DNA of 64,000 nucleotides from Magallana gigas (Eukaryota). Location of the stretch: positions 16,182,001-16,246,000 of the forward strand of contig NC_088854.1 of the NCBI RefSeq assembly GCF_963853765.1, written 5' to 3'. The stretch's first letter is position 1. Each line of letters starts with the position of its first letter. Of the stretch, positions 26,425-39,175 are shown piece after piece. The position numbers and the translations under genes are program-made. The notes under the pieces were generated by a model, which was not told where the DNA came from, ran no database searches, and was given only the letters and a program-made list of their open reading frames with translations.

Positions 26425-26870
26425 ATGGTATTTTATTGTGTAATTACACAAGAGGATTGGAAACAAGTTATTACAACTTACGTGTTCCTCTCCTAATGAT
26501 AATACATACAATATACACAATTATCATTTTTTGTTACATTTATGTACATGTTACTATTAGTTATTAACTTTATAATAGTAATATTCATAAATATGCATTT
26601 ACAAAGTATTTGCAAATATATAATAAATAGTGTTGACATACAGTATAAAATAGCATTAACAAGAAAAATTAGTTACTAAATCTTCCAGGCTCTTTAATAA
26701 CGTTTTGAACTGCTGAAAAAATAAAGCAGTTTGTATTATAAGACAGATTGTCACTACCCCAAAGAAGCACAGTAATATTTTTCTTGAATATCTTGAGAGA
26801 CGTTGCTTCCCTAACTTCTAAATTGAGAGAATTACTACAATTGTCAATACTGTATCATGTTCCGACCTTG
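26425..26870 (-). mobile_element. CR1-clade LINE 3' fragment
   Basis: Minus strand reads ITVLLWGSDNLSYNTNCFIFSAVQNVIKEPGRFSN*, homologous to the end of the 30173-30742 ORF. The 3'UTR shares ggaaacaagtt.ttacaactta with 29888. Confidence 0.65.
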
Positions 26871-26929
26871 ACATTACATTTTATCTATAATGCATTCAGA
26901 GTAAGAAATTCAGATGTGAAATAGCTTCA

Positions 26930-29900
26930 ATGGCGGACAAAGCAATTCCCATAGCCATCATTGTTTTCATCGTCCTCTTCATCGGAAGTCTCCTATTGGT
27001 TTTCAGTTTCAGTTACGTAGAATATTATGAGGTATTATTTCAAGTTTTATTCTCATAAAGTATTCTTATTAAGTTATATTTGCATAGATTCTATTCTATA
27101 CTTCCTTGTCTAACATATAATTGGCACTAAAGGTTTTGTTTCTGAAATATTATATTAATGCTTTCGTTTAATTCTCAAAGGGTAGTTTTAATCAATATGA
27201 TTTACATAAATTAATTACTATCTTGCAATTTATATGAAATATAATGGCATTTAAAAATGTTTCTGAAATATTCTTTTCATAGTAATGTTAACGTTTGATT
27301 TCATTGATAGGACAACTATATAAGAAAATAAGTTGTTTAAATCAGATTGTTTCATATTTTACTTGCTTGATCCAATTAGATACTTAGCTAAAAGAGTATT
27401 TCAACCAGTTCATTGATAACATGTTACACAAATAATACATTTTCATGTATGCTTAGTAGATGCATTGTATTTGTTATAGATTCATAGTTTTTTATACTGT
27501 TGATGAATTGAGTTTTTACTCTTAATGAAAATTAATATGCCATAAATATTACAGTTTGGCTTCAGACAACAAAAGTCCACTGGGAAGATTGACAGGACAA
27601 TAGTGTATACGACCGGCAGATATTTGTACGGACCGGATGTTACGTTCAAAGTGTTTCCGCTTGACGCCCATCACGTCACCCTGGCAGACGCACTGATATT
27701 TACAGCAGACAAACTAGAGGTGATTCTCAACAGTATAATACGAACAAGATCGATAGTTTTAATATAGGGGAGGGGGGGGGAGAAAATATGAACGTGGTGG
27801 ATAAATTACAGGAATATAGAAGTCTAATAGTCACAATACATTTGTCTGTAGTAATCAAATTATTGAGATAAAAAAATTAAAAGTATTTTTTGTATTTACT
27901 TCGAGATTTTACATTTAAATCATCAGGATCCCTCTTAATGAACTTGAATAAAATGAAACCTAAGATATAAATGGATAGGTATAAAACAAGCTTATTTCCA
28001 TTATCTACTGCATGTTCCCAGTTTCTAGGCAACGGGTAGTATTACTCTCCAGATTCTCATATTCTGTGTGTTTGTCGACTTTCGTTGTATTTGTGGGGAA
28101 ATCTATAAGATTTCCATAGAAACAATCTACAAAAGATACATAACTTTCACCTGTATGCTTTGACACATCGTTTAAATGTTCGATCGTTCAATGTCGTATA
28201 CGAAAGTCAGGAATAGTAACTCCCATTTACTATTTGATAAATAAATGTAGATGCAAAATAAGCAACAACAAAAGTTAACAACACTTTATCGATTAATTTG
28301 TAGAAATAACGTTGAACGATACAAATTATTCCGCAAAATTAGTACACTGTCCGTCTTAACTGAATATTATACATCTTTTGGATCGGGCGTTTTGCGATCG
28401 ATTCTGACCTAGTTATTGCATGTTTTGCATGTAATAGTTGGCTCATATTTTATAATTACCATGGAGTTCATTCAACATAAACATTTTAGGTTTATTGAAC
28501 GATCTAGCAGTAAGGTTTCTTGTTTAAAAACATGCATTATGCGATTCGAACGTATTATCAGCAAGATATTTGCCAATCTCAAGTTGAAAAATATATGCAA
28601 AATATGAACTTCAGTAAATTTCCATGACCTGTGGAAAATCATGCCAAAATTCTGTAAAATGAATATTTATATATGTACGTGATACCAAGGACTGGATATT
28701 TGACAAGATTTCCTTACTTTTCCTTATAAGTGAGATACAGGTCGTAACTAGCGTTTGAGTTATAATAGCCCACAAATGAATTCTTAGATAATACTACGAA
28801 GGCAGATGAAGGCAGATCAGATCAGTCTATTTTGAAAACGGCGACAGGTCACAGAACTGTCTTAATCATAGTTATGTTCAATTGAACTATGTAAAGAATT
28901 GGTTTTTTAACTCGCTTGTTGAAGTAAACTTTTCTGATCAAAATAAGTCCAGGGTCTGTCTGCATCATCGTAGACTTCTTATCTCTTCATCTTATTGCTA
29001 AAAAAAAATAAAAGATTTGAACAAATCTAAGTCAAAATTTCATTGGGTTACAGTCTTTTCAGGGTTTTTTTTAAATAAACGGTCAAATTTCTTACCAATG
29101 AGAGTTAATTAGAAATTGTTTAAAATAGGTTGGAACGATTTAAATATCATCTTCTCCTGGAACAGAAACGAGTAATTTCAAAACGTTTATAAGCTACATT
29201 TACCTTACGTATAGTAGATTCAAGTGTGCTCTTTACATGACCCTTGTAGTCTGAAATTAATTAAAGAGTCAAATCTCTGAAATAAAATTTCTGCGAAGAA
29301 GTAGGCGGCAATAACTTTTTATATTGCGGTACAATAAGCTATGATATCAAAATTGCATGAAAATATTTAGAAAATCTCAAATTATGATCAGAGTTTGGTG
29401 TCAGGTGAGCGATGCAGCTTTTGGTCCTCTTGTTATTAGGTGGCGATCACGGTCCACTTCCAATATTTCATACGTAAAGATGAGCTTCCCTTACTTCACG
29501 ACAAGTTTGACTTGGATTACAGAGGTCCTATTGAATCTAGCGCTTTGGATGCTATGAAGGTTAGTCCATTTTGTAGTTTATCTAATGTTGAATCATATAA
29601 CCAAAAATAGACAGCGGTGCCAAATTCATCTGAAGTGGTATGGGATACTTCGAGTAAATAATATTCAAAATGTAGCTTTTTCATATTACATGTTACAACC
29701 GTAAAATGCATTTACATTTAACAAATCTTAAAATTCTGTGGTTTTTTTAAAAATGCATTCAGTCGGTTTCGAACAAATGACTTACAGATTTAAATCTGGT
29801 CCTTAACTAATTGCACTATGTTAGTTTAAACTTTATTTCATTTTGAATTGTACATCAATATAAACAATAAATAATGCAAACAGGATTCGGAAACAAGTTG

Positions 29901-31988
29901 TTACAACTTATATTAATCCGTTTCCTTAAATTGACTTTCAACTATTAAAAACGATAGTTGCCCTTGCTGAATGGCAAGTATATTAGGAACAACAAATGAA
30001 AAAAAAGATGGAATTGATGGAAAAATTTAACAAAAAAAATGAAAAGGGAAAAATATGATAGAAAATATACAGAGAGAGATATCATAACTTGAATTAACAT
30101 TAAAAGTGACCGAGTAATAAACAGTCGTACGATGCAAAAATAACAAAATCGACAATACGGTAGCAAGTGGAATTAAGTTACAAATCGTTTAGTAGCAGAA
30201 ATAAATTGATGTACATGTTTGAAAATGTTTGTATTATAGGAATAGTTTCTATCTGGGTCGCCAAATAACAGAATGTTTAAAGTGACCGGTCTTAATGGGT
30301 CAATGAATTTTTTCCTTGCATCAGTGTATAGAGGACATTCTAATAAAAAGTGTATTGTTGTTTCAATTTGTCCACAGGCACAATTAGGATTATCTATTAT
30401 ATGTTTTTTGGATAAATGCGAATTAAGTATACTACAATTGAGTCTAAGTCGTGTGTGTAAGATCTGTTCTGTGCGCTTACCAAATAGAAAGTGTCTTGGG
30501 GTTTTACAACAGTTTGAGTTAAGCACACGTTTCAAATTGGATACTGAAGGATTTTCTTGGACACTTATCGGAAGATCGTTCCAAAGCTTTGTAGTGGACG
30601 GTAGAAAAGATTGTGAATAGTGGTTTGTATTAGATTTTCGTTGAGTAATGCAGTGCGATATTCTTGTGGGATAATGATGTGTTTCACTGATTCTTAAGGG
30701 GATTAGAGAAGATAGATAATCTGGAGCACTTCTATGGACCATGGTGTGGAATTTGATTTGTTTATGTTTTTGTCTACGATTGTGTAGAGTGTCCCATCCA
30801 ACCTCTCGGTACAGATCATTTAAACTTACGAGTTTTGTCGCACCTGAGACTATGCGAGCTGCCTCAATACTATGTTAGAAGAAAAACAATTAAAAATTCA
30901 ATTTAATTTTATTATTGAGATAAAAAAAACACCAGTATTTCACAAAAAAGCCGTGTCTCATACTTCATTAATATTTCCCATCCGTCACTGCATTTCTTAT
31001 TTTGATTCAACAAATCAAACCATGCAAATAAAGAACTATTGTTATCGGGCCTCACAGGGTTCTACATCAGCGTACACAACCCGGAATCTGGTAGATAACC
31101 GGAAGTTACTGGAGCAGACCATCTATAAGGCCATCAGGGAGCGACTAGGGGGCATGTGTTGCCGGCCAAACTGTTCATCGTATGCACACGGTGCAGTATC
31201 GTTCTGAAAATAAATTAATTTCCTATAACGTCGATTATGCATTAAGTAATTCGCTTCAAAGTAGTAGAAAAAGAGCAAAGGATAAATGCCCTTAGATAAC
31301 CTTATTTTTTACTTGTACACAATTTTTCATGTACAGACTGCCAAAAAAAAATGTTTATACAACTATCATATTTCAGCATGTCCCCCCAATTGCAAAGCCA
31401 TAAAATCGTGCACAAACGAAGATAAGGGATACTTTGTGGATGTGAAGTTTTTCCAGCTTGGACAGGTGATCATACCTAGCTCTGTACAGGAACGGTATAT
31501 GAAAGCACTGACCCTGAAGGAGGAGTCTGACAGGGAAAATCTTGTACAGGAAGCCAAGGTGGTGCGCAAAACTACTAATGCCATGGTAATCTAACTATTC
31601 TCATGTTAACATGTGTAGCTTACTCAGACTGATATCTACATCTTTTATCTATTTCATATGAATAAAATTTATCTAGTTTATTTTATTATGTCATACTGCA
31701 TAATTTTTATTTTTATTGATACTACAGGTTCAGCAAATCAGGAATACGGCGGAGGAAATTCGAAATAATGGCACAATAGAGGCGAATTTGTTAACTGCTG
31801 TAGCTCAGGCTAATTACAGTACAGTATTAGAGATCGCCCGGTCTGACGGACTGAAGCAGATCTTTCATGACCTTGGCTTTACACAACAAGAATACAAAAA
31901 TAGTTTCAACTATCTACGGACATTACGAGGGATGCCCTCTGCTCATTTTACTCTTGATTTCCAGCAAAGAATCGTTGGAAATATCTAA
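26930..31988 (+). CDS. SPFH/Band-7 domain membrane protein, paralog A (~329 aa, 6 exons)
   Basis: Exons 26930-27031 (TM helix), 27555-27719, 29440-29559, 31058-31190, 31377-31585 and 31728-31988, in phase. SPFH features: G(R/K)Y..GP...F..FP, YFI/LR, '[12 protein letters not shown]' and a coiled-coil tail. The exon 4 donor is weak (G|GTGCAG). Confidence 0.8.
28903..29434 (+). mobile_element. Degenerate HINE in intron 2 of SPFH-A, abutting the exon 3 acceptor
   Basis: 5' end ttttttaactcgctt...cttttctgatca; 3' end tcaggtgagcgatgcagcttttggtcctcttgtt, followed directly by attAG|GTG. Confidence 0.7.
29821..30873 (-). mobile_element. CR1-clade LINE 3' fragment in intron 3 of SPFH-A
   Basis: [15 protein letters not shown]...GWDTLHNRR...[14 protein letters not shown]...HTRLRL...C.CG.IET..HFLLECP, then a 3'UTR ending aataaagtttaaactaa. 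Confidence 0.85.
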
Positions 31989-33106
31989 TTATTGTGTATA
32001 AATTAGTTTTTGTAACGTTGGAGTATCCTTATGCAAATTAATATTAATTATAATATAACTGATTTATATCTGTATATGTTTTCAAAAAGAGAGGGTACGT
32101 GTTTTTGATCTGTTCCATCTCTTTGGTCATTCTGAATTTCCCTACGGAATTTTCCTTCGTTGGTTTTTACGACCAACACAGGAGCGGATTATAAACATTG
32201 AACAGAAAAAACGTAAATTTATTTATTGTACAATATGTTAACTTATTTAACTATATGTGTAAAATGTAGACGTTTTCATATATAATTATAATTATGAAAC
32301 TTTTGCACAAAATAAAATAAATTAATGGTCCTTATTTTCCAGAATGGCATATTTTAAACAAAACTAAGAGAAATACATATACATACCTACAAGTTAATGT
32401 TTACAATATCGTCATAGGTATTGATTATTTTTGCCGCATAACAATTGGTGGCCACATCAATTCTTTCTTGTTTCTACATGTAATCTACACTTTTCCATCC
32501 TTCGTGATATGCGCCATTAATTTACAAGACGTCTATTACAATTCTTTGTTAATAATGGGAAATACAGATATATTTAGTCTTAACTTTATTTACTTGAATT
32601 ATTATAAGAAATATACTCGATAGTAACAAATTCCATACGAAAAGCGGAAACTGTGACATCCCTTTTTAACTTATATATAGTCTCAGTAGCTATCGAATTT
32701 ATATACGTTGGATAGGCCTAGTTTTATATCCATAACTCTCAGTGTATCAAGGTCTGCATTGAGTTACATTTGAATTAAGAAGACTCGGTGGTCGTAACCA
32801 TTTTTAGACTGCATCTATCTCCTTTAGATGAGCTCTATATAAAATATACAAAAATACCCAAATTTAAAAGGAAAAAATATATGAATTTTTTTTTACTGAA
32901 TGAAAGTTTATATCAGGAGCGTATATATACTAACTAGTATGTATACATACGTACAGGTCTGTTTATATCAAAATAAATCATATCTCTAATTTTAGAATCT
33001 ATGTAGATCTGATGGTTCATTTATTGACCGCCCAGTCTCCTTAAAACGTATACAATGTAATCTTATATGTATTTCACACACTGAGGAAACGGCCGACTTT
33101 ATTAGA

Positions 33107-33607
33107 TATGGCCAGAAATTAGTCCTGACTTTTACCCAATGGTAATAGCTATAATCTATTGGTGACAAGAGGGAACATAGGTGACGAGCCTTTTTCTGTT
33201 TAGCAGGGGGTCTTATTTTATTTGGTTACAATGGTAACAGCTATATTCTCCTGGTGACAAAGGGTAACAGCGGTGACAGTCATTTTCATGATTTACAAGG
33301 GGGGGGGGGGGGGCTTTTTTTAAATTGGTTACATTGGTAACATTGGTTACAATGGTTACCTAACCTTAAAATAACCCTAACCCTAATTGGTTCCTAATCC
33401 TAAACTAACCCTAACCCCTAACCCTAATCCTAACCCTAACCCAAACCTAACTCTCTTTTTTAACCAATGTTACCAGTAACCACTGTAACATGTCACAAGT
33501 ACATCAAAGTTTGAAAATCATTCATAATCAAACATTTTTACCGATGTAACCAATGTTACTGGCTACAAATAGAAAGGGGTAAAAGTCAGGACTAATTTCT
33601 GGCCATA
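33107..33607. mobile_element. MITE with 27-bp TIRs and a telomeric-repeat core
   Basis: tatggccagaaattagtcctgactttt ... aaaagtcaggactaatttctggccata is a perfect inverted repeat with TA ends. Degenerate (TAACCC)n lies at ~33360-33452. Confidence 0.85.
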
Positions 33608-34035
33608 CATGTATATGGACTTTATACGGGTGTTGTATCTACATTATAGAGGGGAGGATTATTTGTTTTTTTAATTAGCTTTACATTTCGAAACATAACT
33701 TGTATATATGTGTATTTGCGCGACTCGGCGAGCGATGGCTACAGAATGAAGATAGCTACGTGTAAAGAAATACCCGACATGTGACGGATTGATCCACTTG
33801 CTTAACAACTAAGCCTCTGTTCTACTTGGATGGTCATCGATTCGTTACGTTTAAAAATACGGACTGTCGGCTCTACTATTTCGAAATGCACGAAATGTGT
33901 ATCTGAATAAGACATAGATAACCAGGAAATACCGAGTGTTTACGCAATTGCTGAATTAATAAGGATATATTTACTATAGTTGGTCTGTTCGTTTGGGGGA
34001 TTATTTGCATCCTGTTGTGAGGATAGTCTCTAACT

Positions 34036-37000
34036 ATGACGGACGATAATAAGTGCTTTTTCATCGTCGCGGTCGCTATTGGAATCCCGGTTCTATTAAT
34101 AGTGATCTTGGTTCCTGTTAGTTTTTCTGGACTGGAATATTATGAGGTAGGTATGTGATTGGGTTACTGAAACACATTATAACCGAGAACATTAAATTTT
34201 GTAATGAACAAAACATCGTGAGAGCTAGGTTCATTCAACGTATAGCTATTTAAACCATTGTCAATGAAATGAATCAGGTCGTGTCTCTATTTTCAAGGCA
34301 TAGTAAATAAACAACTCTGTTGACATTTCCCACTGGGAATACGTCTCTGGTTGGACTTGAGTACGTTGTAGGAAATAACCGTGGTATTGACTCTTAGCGT
34401 AAACACACGATATATTGGAAACGCGGTTTTAAAATATTCAATATAAAGCTAGGTAAAGTATTTGTTTACTCGCCCAACACATTAGAGTTGAAAAGGTAAA
34501 ATTGAGAAGAGTTTTTATGAAAAATAATAATATTAGAAGAGTAATTTTGTTAAATTTTAAATGTAAATGGTCCAAATACAACGTACATGTATTGTTGAAA
34601 CCATCCAATGGAAAGGAAACACCTCGCTATCCTGAATCCGGCTGTGTCGCGATACACGGGTTGCAGGAAAGGCGAAACATCTATTTCAACTAAAATAAAC
34701 TAGAAGGTGAATATTCAGTGGCACATGCTTGTTATCGTCTAATAAAGAATCGACAGGCACGATTGGCATCGATATCTGATCATTCTTTTCAAAATTGGGG
34801 GTTGCACAGACATATTTTCCAGAAAAAAATGACTAGCATCGCAAAGATTGAGTATGTAAAATAAATTAACAGTTCACTAAAATTTAATTTTTTTTATTGT
34901 ATATCTGAAAAAGGTGAAGGTAAATGAGAAAATGAAGTTACCCCCTGTAATCAGAACCTTTCATTGTTGTGGTTTTTTTTTTAAGCTTGTGAGGGAACGA
35001 AATATGTAATTCATTTTGGTTTTGAACGAAATTTTGATGTAAAACTTACCTACCATCATGTTTTGACATTATCTTTGTTAGAATCAAAGTCAAGACAAAT
35101 CATTTTCATTCTATGGGTACCATTACACATTTTCCCTGTGATCACGTACTGATTCTCGTTATAACTAGTTTATTACTCACCTTTTGTTCCAGTACGGGTT
35201 CAAGCGACAAAAGTCCACAGGAACCGTGGATAAAACTGAGGTATACACCACCGGTAAACACTTCGTGGGACCCGATGTGGAGTTTAAAACCTTTAACTCA
35301 GACGCACATTTTGTGACACTGAGCGATGTAGCGATTTTTACCGCTGACAAACTAGAGGTTAGTATAGATCTACCTACTTTGAATCATCTTTTAGCGTCAA
35401 CTCATTATCAATACAAAAAATGTGATATGAGGATTTCAAAAGTGATACAATCACGTCAAAATTTACAAATCTTTAAGGTATAATTAAATGCATATGCTAG
35501 CACTAAAAGTATTAACTTACTACTAACCTCATTTTGTAAGTACCAAAAGTATACAATAGCCCAAAACGTTTACTCTGTATATAATATATATTGATGATTT
35601 AAAAAAAAATACATCGGGTTATAGATATAACCTTTTTTTTTTAATGATAGGAAATCATTTAAAATTAAAAGAATTTTTGTAGTTGGTATACCTTATTTTG
35701 ACAGGTGAAAATGACCGCCTATCTCCAGTACTTCCTCCGGAAGGACGAACTGGTGCTCCTCCATGACGCCTACGACACGGATTACAAGGACATCATCAAA
35801 AACAGCGCGCTGGACGCTCTCAAGGTTAACTTATATTTTAATTGAAGGTTACTTATAATTAGTTTGATCGAAACAATATAATTCATGTCAATGATCTCCT
35901 TTAATGAACAGTGTACTAAACATTTGGATTTCGGGGGATTTGGAATCCTTGTCGAATTAACTCTTATAAGATATCACAAAAATCGATACTGTCTTCGTTA
36001 TTTTGCCTGACAAACATTTTGAAAGAAAATACAAAGCAATATTTACGGATGTTAAGAAATCAATATATTCAGAAATAAAAAAAACTCTACTTTAAAAGAA
36101 AGGTTGCAAAGAACAAAATGTTGACTTAACCAACTTATCTCAACTACTGGTGCGGGTAATTATCTGATTTCATGGAAATGGGAATGATATCGCATGTAGT
36201 ATAATCGCATAAAATTTTTGTCTAAGAAATTGGGTATTTTGCAACTTCCTAAACTGCGTCTCTGACTGTCAATATTGTTAATTGTTTTTTACATGTTTTG
36301 CCCGTAAATAAAATTTTACTTTTAAATGTGTTTGAATTTTGAAGGGTGCGACTACGGGGTACAATACAAGAGAACTTGTTGCAAACCGAAAGATTATGGA
36401 GGATAACATTTATAAAGCGGTCAGTCAGAGACTCGGGGGCACCTGCTGTCGATCAGACTGTACCGCTTACAAGTATGGTAAGTTAACAGCAGATAACAAA
36501 ATCACAAACAAACTTTTATAAAGTCATGTTACAAAAGATTTTAAATGTAGGACTATCTTATAAAACTCTAATTTCAACAAGATTCTTCAATTATATAAGA
36601 GAAATGTTTGATTACATGATTGATGAGCCGTGGTTGATCTACCTTTTCCCTTCTGATTCCGTTAGCATGTCCCACCGGCTGTAAGACAACCTGCACCTCC
36701 GCGGACAAAGGCTATTACGTGGACGTGAAGTATTTCCATCTTGGCTCCATCACTATCCCTAACGATGTCCAGAGTCAGTACATGAAGGCACTGACCCTGC
36801 AGGAAGAGGCTGACCGGGAGAAGCTGCTACAGGACGCGCAGGTTGTCAGGAAAAACACCACGGCAATGGTAGGATCAGTGTGGTCGAAGGCAAACAGTCA
36901 CTTGCTAATACTTTATATTTTTTGATTGTCAATGGGGTACTGTAGTAGTTTTATAGAGGTTGATTTTATCATATTTTCCAGTTTTATTTTAGTTCAATCT

Positions 37001-38064
37001 AATCACGGCTGAGATTCATGTCGGTTTAACCGTTTTTGGACTTGCACTTTAACGTTTAGAGATACGTTGAAGGCTTCCATCGAAACGTCATGTTGTAAAT
37101 TTTGAATTTAGAGGATGGGTGTAAATACTCAATTTTACAATGTGACCACAAGAAAACTTTTTCATCTTGTAAAGTTTGTACTTACGTCTACCCAGGAAAT
37201 TCAAATTTTCAAATGGTACGTATACCAAGCCGAGCCGAATCTCAGCTGTGCTCAAAGTTAATCCTTATGTCTTCGGCATAATAGAGAATAACTGTGTATG
37301 CTGTTAGGCATTGTATTAGTCAACTGACTGAAAGCCCCTAGAGACTTTCTCTCTCTTTCTCTCTTTCTATATTGGCTGACATTTACAACAATGACTTGTA
37401 TCATTATTTTCATATTTGGGAAAATGTCTTTATTAGTTTATATTGAAGTAATTTTGATTTTTAATTCATGACTTTTTTCGTATCATGAGTCTCACCTTTG
37501 TATAATATACTTAAGATATTAGTATGTGTGTGTGTATATTAAGTTGTTATTAAAATTTGCATCAAGTCGTTAAATAGCCATTGACAAAGATTATTTGTTG
37601 AAGGACTGTCAGTGGAATACCTTTGCCAATATTTGGAATAGATTTTAGACTGTATAATGGTTAAACATGTACATGTACTTTAAAAAAAAGGGTTAACCAA
37701 GTCTTTATTTGAATGACAAGTAGTTTAAATTCAATAGGTTTATATCAATTAATCTAAAAATATTTTTGTGAATAATTATACTGTATAATCTAACAATAAA
37801 TAGGTACAACTTATCAAAAATGAGGCCCTGGAAATTCGAGAAAACGGTACAGCCATTGCAAACCTGATTACGGTGACGTCACAGGCCAACTACACCGCCT
37901 CACTGGAAACAGCGCGGTCTGATGGACTGAAGCAAGTCTTCACTACTCTAGGGTTCACTCAACAACAATATAAGAACAGCTTTGATTATTTGAAAACCCT
38001 TCGAGGATTGGACAAGGCTCATCTCACAGTGGACTTCCAGCAGAGAATTGTGGGAAATTTATAG
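34036..38064 (+). CDS. SPFH/Band-7 domain membrane protein, paralog B (~330 aa, 6 exons)
   Basis: Exons 34036-34146, 35193-35357, 35705-35824, 36345-36477, 36666-36868 and 37804-38064. Phases match paralog A, and exons 2-4 have the same sizes (165/120/133 nt). Confidence 0.85.
37004..37250. mobile_element. Small MITE in intron 5 of SPFH-B
   Basis: TIRs cacggctgagattc... and ...gaatctcagctgtg. Confidence 0.5.
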
Positions 38065-39175
38065 TATCAAAATTAATTTACATTTTCCATTTATTTGTAT
38101 AATATATCATGATTAATCTATAGCTATTCATCTTTGTACTAGCTCATTGTAACTCATTTTACTGTCATTTATTTATTTATAAACCCACAAAAGCTTACTT
38201 TGATTGATATTTTAACTCGGACTTTTCTTCTAATCAATGTACATCGAATCAATGTATTGTAATCATGAACGATTGACGAGTATTTTAAGTAAAGGTATTG
38301 GCATATTGGTTTAGAGAAAAATCTAGTATATATACCGGTTTTTGATTAGAACATCAATATCATGACGGAATATAGAAAATGTACATTAGACCTCTTATTT
38401 ACACAACTTCGGGCAAGATTTTTAAAAATGTTTAATGCCAATGTGAACATATGTATGACAATGTCAATTTTTTGCTGATAACGTATAAATACTGATATTT
38501 ACCTATTACTTTATGTTTGTTGTACAATGCATTATATTTTGTGTATGTAAATTGTTAGTTGGTTTCTCTTTTCTGTGTCTCCCTTATTATACTCAGGTAA
38601 AAATTCAACTTCTCCGAAAACAGAAAAGGAGTCCAACTGTTGAAGATCGACGAAATTTATGTTAATAAATTGTTAGTAAATATTCATTCTCTGTTCCTTA
38701 CATGCCTTAATGATTATTAAAGTATCACTAAAGTAAATATAGTATTAATTTGTAGTATAAAACGTAACATTTTAAAAAGAAAGTTTCTAGATAAAATTTT
38801 ATCTGTAACAATAAAACAAAAAACAATTTAACTTATACTTTTGTGTCTTTACTTTTTATTTCATGTCAATAAAAAGAATTAATGATGCTTTTCCTTGTGT
38901 ATGAATATTAGATTGGATATATTCCACAATATATACTTAACTATAAATTTCATAGATATTACCTCGATTTACAAAATAATTAATCAAAGTCTGATAAAAT
39001 TGAATTACTTCATATAATTTAAAAATATATATAAGAATTAAAAATACTGTTAATGAACAGAAACTTCAAAATTAACCAAATTAACATCAATAATATGTTT
39101 TACTATTGGTATATATTTACTTAAATACAATAAAAAGAAATTAAAGAAATAAAAACATCGTGAAATCCTTTCTGT

